Positions 60,934 through 64,000 of a stretch of 64,000 nt of DNA are shown in pieces; the first letter of the stretch is position 1; each line of letters begins with the position of its first letter. Both the position numbers and the translations under genes were made by a program. The notes below the pieces were generated by a model, which had not been told where the DNA came from, did not search any database, and saw nothing but the letters and a program-made list of their open reading frames with translations. The DNA comes from Candidatus Bathyarchaeota archaeon (GTDB lineage Archaea; Thermoproteota; Bathyarchaeia; Bathyarchaeales; Bathycorpusculaceae). The stretch covers positions 800,001-864,000 of the forward strand of contig CAWGYA010000008.1 of the NCBI GenBank assembly GCA_963826715.1. Direction: 5' to 3'.

Positions 60934-63243
60934 TCAATGCACAATTTTGAAAATCACATATCTATCATTTGAGAAAATCAGCTGAAGAAGTTTGCTATGA
61001 ATAAGAGTTGTATCAAGCTGATTACGATCATAAACAATGAAGCGAATATTGTTTTCCAAAATATAATCCATGTAGTCTCTGGCTGTAACCGTGAATCCAG
61101 CAGGTTTTAAATCAAACAATCCTTCCACACCATCCATTGTCAAAGAAGGATAGGTGCTCTTAGAAAGAGATACAACCTGATACGAACAAGCAACAGTTTG
61201 GTTAGCCTCTACATCACCAAAACCAAACTGAAACCGAACGGCATCAATCATTCGAGTCCCCAAAGCCCCAACGTTACCCCAATCAGGCAAGTCATTAAAA
61301 TGGAACGCAACTGCAACATCATCAACTTCATCATAGAGCCCCAAGTAATTGTCAACTAAATGCACTCCTGCAAAGGAAGCAGCAGCCCATTCATTTCCAC
61401 TGGATGTTTTTAGCTGATCTGGCGCATCCCAAGGGTTAATCCAATCATAAATTCCCGGAATCTGAATGCGGTCAAATTTGAACCCTAAATCCATAAAAGT
61501 GCTCAAATAAAGCGAAGCATTAGTGAGACCGTTTTGTAGCGGCTTTAGAGTCCACGAGACATCAAAAGGATATTTGTCGTCTGCGACAACCACAGTTTTT
61601 GTGACCTCCAAATTATCATTTTTGAAGATGAACGATATTGTTTTGGGCGTATCTTGGGCATTGAAAACTGTTTCCCGCCTCATACTAGCTAATTTAACAT
61701 TATACTCTTGGTCGTTGAGGCTAAACAACACAGAATCCCCCGCCCCCGAAGTAAAAGTAACTCTATTCCAAACCTGATCAAAAGAAACATAAGTTTCATC
61801 AAAAATATCCCCTTTCGCTTCATAAGCCTTCAGCAATGTCTGCGGCTGCTCAAGCTCATAAGATAAACTAAGAACCGACTCAGCCAACTCATTACGATGA
61901 ACAGCCTGATCGGTTTGAGCCGTCACGTTTTTGCCAGAAAACTCTTGAAACCAAAACCCAGGAATTCGAGTAACAATAACGTTAGCTGGATCTGGGTAAT
62001 TTTCTTTAAGCCATATACCTGCATCATAAGCCTTCACATCAGTAGTTGAGTAAAACACGCTTGACTCCAAAATTTTACCATAAACAACATCACCACGGTA
62101 AACCAACATCACCGCCAACAAAACCACAACCAAAATCACAACTACCCGAACCCATTTTTTCCTGAACGCCAAACGGTGATTAACAAAGTAAAGTTGGATT
62201 TTTTCACCCAGAAACACAATCGCTACCGCAGCTAAAACCGCTATAGGCGGAGTGATATAATACATGAACCATTGAAAAGGCAAAAACAAGCCGAAAAGAA
62301 ATGATTCAGCAAAGAAAAGCGGAACCGCAAAACTCAAAATCAAAATCAGAAAATACAAAGGTTTTCTGCGAATCCTAAGCAAATAATAGGAAATACCGAT
62401 GCCTGCTAAGGCAAAGAAAAAGATAAACCCATAATCAATCAAAAAAGCCCCAAAACTAGTATAGGGAATCTGATAAGCATAAGCCGTTATCGCAAAAAAC
62501 ACATATTCTATAACCAAATCCAAGTAACCAATCATAGCTTGAAAATAATACAGAAAAAACGCTATGCCCCCACCTAACGCAATAGCTAACACAACCTTGA
62601 GATTTTTACCCCTTGACTTAACAAGCATAAACAACAAAACAGGCGGCATTATGAACACCGCAAGAAACGCAGCCAACTGATGAGAAAGCACCAACCCAAA
62701 CGCAGCAAAAAACGCCACCACCAAATACCCCAGCTTATCCACAGCCAACGGCATATACAACAAAACCAAAAACAGAAACGCCAACGCCAAAACAGTCGTA
62801 TAACCCCCAAAAGCATTCATCTCAAACGTCGGAAACGACATCAACAACAACATCGCCGCAACCGCACCAACTTTTTTACTAAAAAACTTACTCGCCAACA
62901 AATAAACAGCCATAAAAAACAGCCAATCCACAAGCACCGCTAAAACTTTAACCAAAACAATATACTGCCCAATATCAACTGCACCACTCAACGAAATCAG
63001 CATAGCCAACAATATCTGATAAAGAGGCGGCGTCCAACCGATGTTCGCCAACGAGATTTGACCAGTATTAAGAAAAATCTGCGCTTTCTCCAAATGCACC
63101 GCAGGGTCATTGCCTAAAACCACTCCATTCATGGAGATAAGCACATAGAAAATGGCAAAAATAAGCACTGAGAAAACTGCTATGAACGCAACTTCAAATT
63201 GTTTTTTGTTTTGAAATGCATCAAACAAAGCGATTGTGCTCAC
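60934..63243 (-). CDS. Large GT-C-like membrane protein with extracellular domain
   Basis: GNDPAVH, PPLY, LSHQL; many TM helices then a soluble domain (AGIWLKEN...FKI). Confidence 0.65.
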   Translation of the reverse strand: MSTIALFDAFQNKKQFEVAFIAVFSVLIFAIFYVLISMNGVVLGNDPAVHLEKAQIFLNTGQISLANIGWTPPLYQILLAMLISLSGAVDIGQYIVLVKVLAVLVDWLFFMAVYLLASKFFSKKVGAVAAMLLLMSFPTFEMNAFGGYTTVLALAFLFLVLLYMPLAVDKLGYLVVAFFAAFGLVLSHQLAAFLAVFIMPPVLLFMLVKSRGKNLKVVLAIALGGGIAFFLYYFQAMIGYLDLVIEYVFFAITAYAYQIPYTSFGAFLIDYGFIFFFALAGIGISYYLLRIRRKPLYFLILILSFAVPLFFAESFLFGLFLPFQWFMYYITPPIAVLAAVAIVFLGEKIQLYFVNHRLAFRKKWVRVVVILVVVLLAVMLVYRGDVVYGKILESSVFYSTTDVKAYDAGIWLKENYPDPANVIVTRIPGFWFQEFSGKNVTAQTDQAVHRNELAESVLSLSYELEQPQTLLKAYEAKGDIFDETYVSFDQVWNRVTFTSGAGDSVLFSLNDQEYNVKLASMRRETVFNAQDTPKTISFIFKNDNLEVTKTVVVADDKYPFDVSWTLKPLQNGLTNASLYLSTFMDLGFKFDRIQIPGIYDWINPWDAPDQLKTSSGNEWAAASFAGVHLVDNYLGLYDEVDDVAVAFHFNDLPDWGNVGALGTRMIDAVRFQFGFGDVEANQTVACSYQVVSLSKSTYPSLTMDGVEGLFDLKPAGFTVTARDYMDYILENNIRFIVYDRNQLDTTLIHSKLLQLIFSNDRYVIFKIVH

Positions 63244-64000
63244 CCTGCCTGTTGAAAGTTCCCATTGATTTTAAAGATTGCAACTTCTTTGTTAATAAAT
63301 ACAAGGTTAAACAAAGGATCATAACTAAACTTAGCAGCAACATCTAACTCTGTCTTATCAGGGTTAGAATCTTGACTTATCGACAAAACCACAAATGAAA
63401 CATTTCGGCTCAAAAGTTCCGCACGGTAATCAAAATTCCTCCAACCATAATCAACCGGCATTTTATCCAAGGCAGAATCCACATTTGCAGATACTAATGG
63501 CACAAAAAAACTGTCAATCACCGCCTGATTAGAATAAATACTCTGCTCATTATCAGCACAATACGCACCCGCAAGCAAATGGAACCGCCCACTATCTTTA
63601 AACGCCATAGGATAACTCAACTGTATAGTTTTTACAACCGCATCATTTCTTGTAATGTAAACACTTCTAGGCGTCGTACTGAAGATCAATTGACCAAGCG
63701 ATTTAGTGCCAAGATCCACCAAACCAATCGAAACTAAATCATTATTATAGCCAACTTGTATCCCATTGGTCTCAACAACAACGTGCACATACTCAAAAGA
63801 TACACCTGTATGTAGACTACTAAGAGCCGCGGTTATGTTAACAAACCTCGTATTTCTATAAACAGTTGTGAAAACAGTATAATTCAAGTCATCATTACCT
63901 CTGGTAACAATTATTGTTGCCTGCTGAGAATCATTCTCCATCCGAATATCCTTCACAACAAGCATATTTACCCAAACTTGCGATTGCTCAACACCATCAA
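63240..64000 (-). CDS. C-terminal part of a related large membrane protein (truncated by the window edge)
   Basis: Frame open to the window end; C-terminus FNLVFINKEVAIFKI resembles LQLIFSNDRYVIFKI of the next gene. Confidence 0.6.
   Translation of the reverse strand, partial: DGVEQSQVWVNMLVVKDIRMENDSQQATIIVTRGNDDLNYTVFTTVYRNTRFVNITAALSSLHTGVSFEYVHVVVETNGIQVGYNNDLVSIGLVDLGTKSLGQLIFSTTPRSVYITRNDAVVKTIQLSYPMAFKDSGRFHLLAGAYCADNEQSIYSNQAVIDSFFVPLVSANVDSALDKMPVDYGWRNFDYRAELLSRNVSFVVLSISQDSNPDKTELDVAAKFSYDPLFNLVFINKEVAIFKINGNFQQAG

Overview
AT-rich archaeal chromosomal segment. Gene content (class III pilins, TFB paralogue, TackOD1- and DUF3227/NitrOD5-like domains, purMSLQ) suggests TACK archaea, probably Bathyarchaeia (inference). 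In order: (1) 0-16.5 kb surface-glycan cluster, including three secreted paralogues with a shared CBM-like C-terminal domain, two of which carry near-identical inverted DNA patches; (2) 17-35 kb type IV pilus locus with an Ig-repeat adhesin, a divergent TFB, a degenerate KaiC/RAD55-like ATPase and a PAS kinase/receiver pair; (3) 35-41 kb decayed defence island (truncated hsdM, Gabija-like pair, nuclease-like ORF between two palindromes, vapBC relic); (4) small regulators and purMSLQ; (5) a TIR-like protein, tRNA-Gly(CCC) and a ~5 kb block bounded by an 11-bp tRNA 3'-end repeat, encoding two polyglycine proteins, a nucleotidyltransferase-like protein and a single-barrel terpene-cyclase-like protein; (6) GT2, nitroreductase, ClC-CBS and GT-C-like membrane proteins. 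Seven genes have single-base indels that look like sequencing errors. All family assignments come from motif recognition by eye, without database searches.
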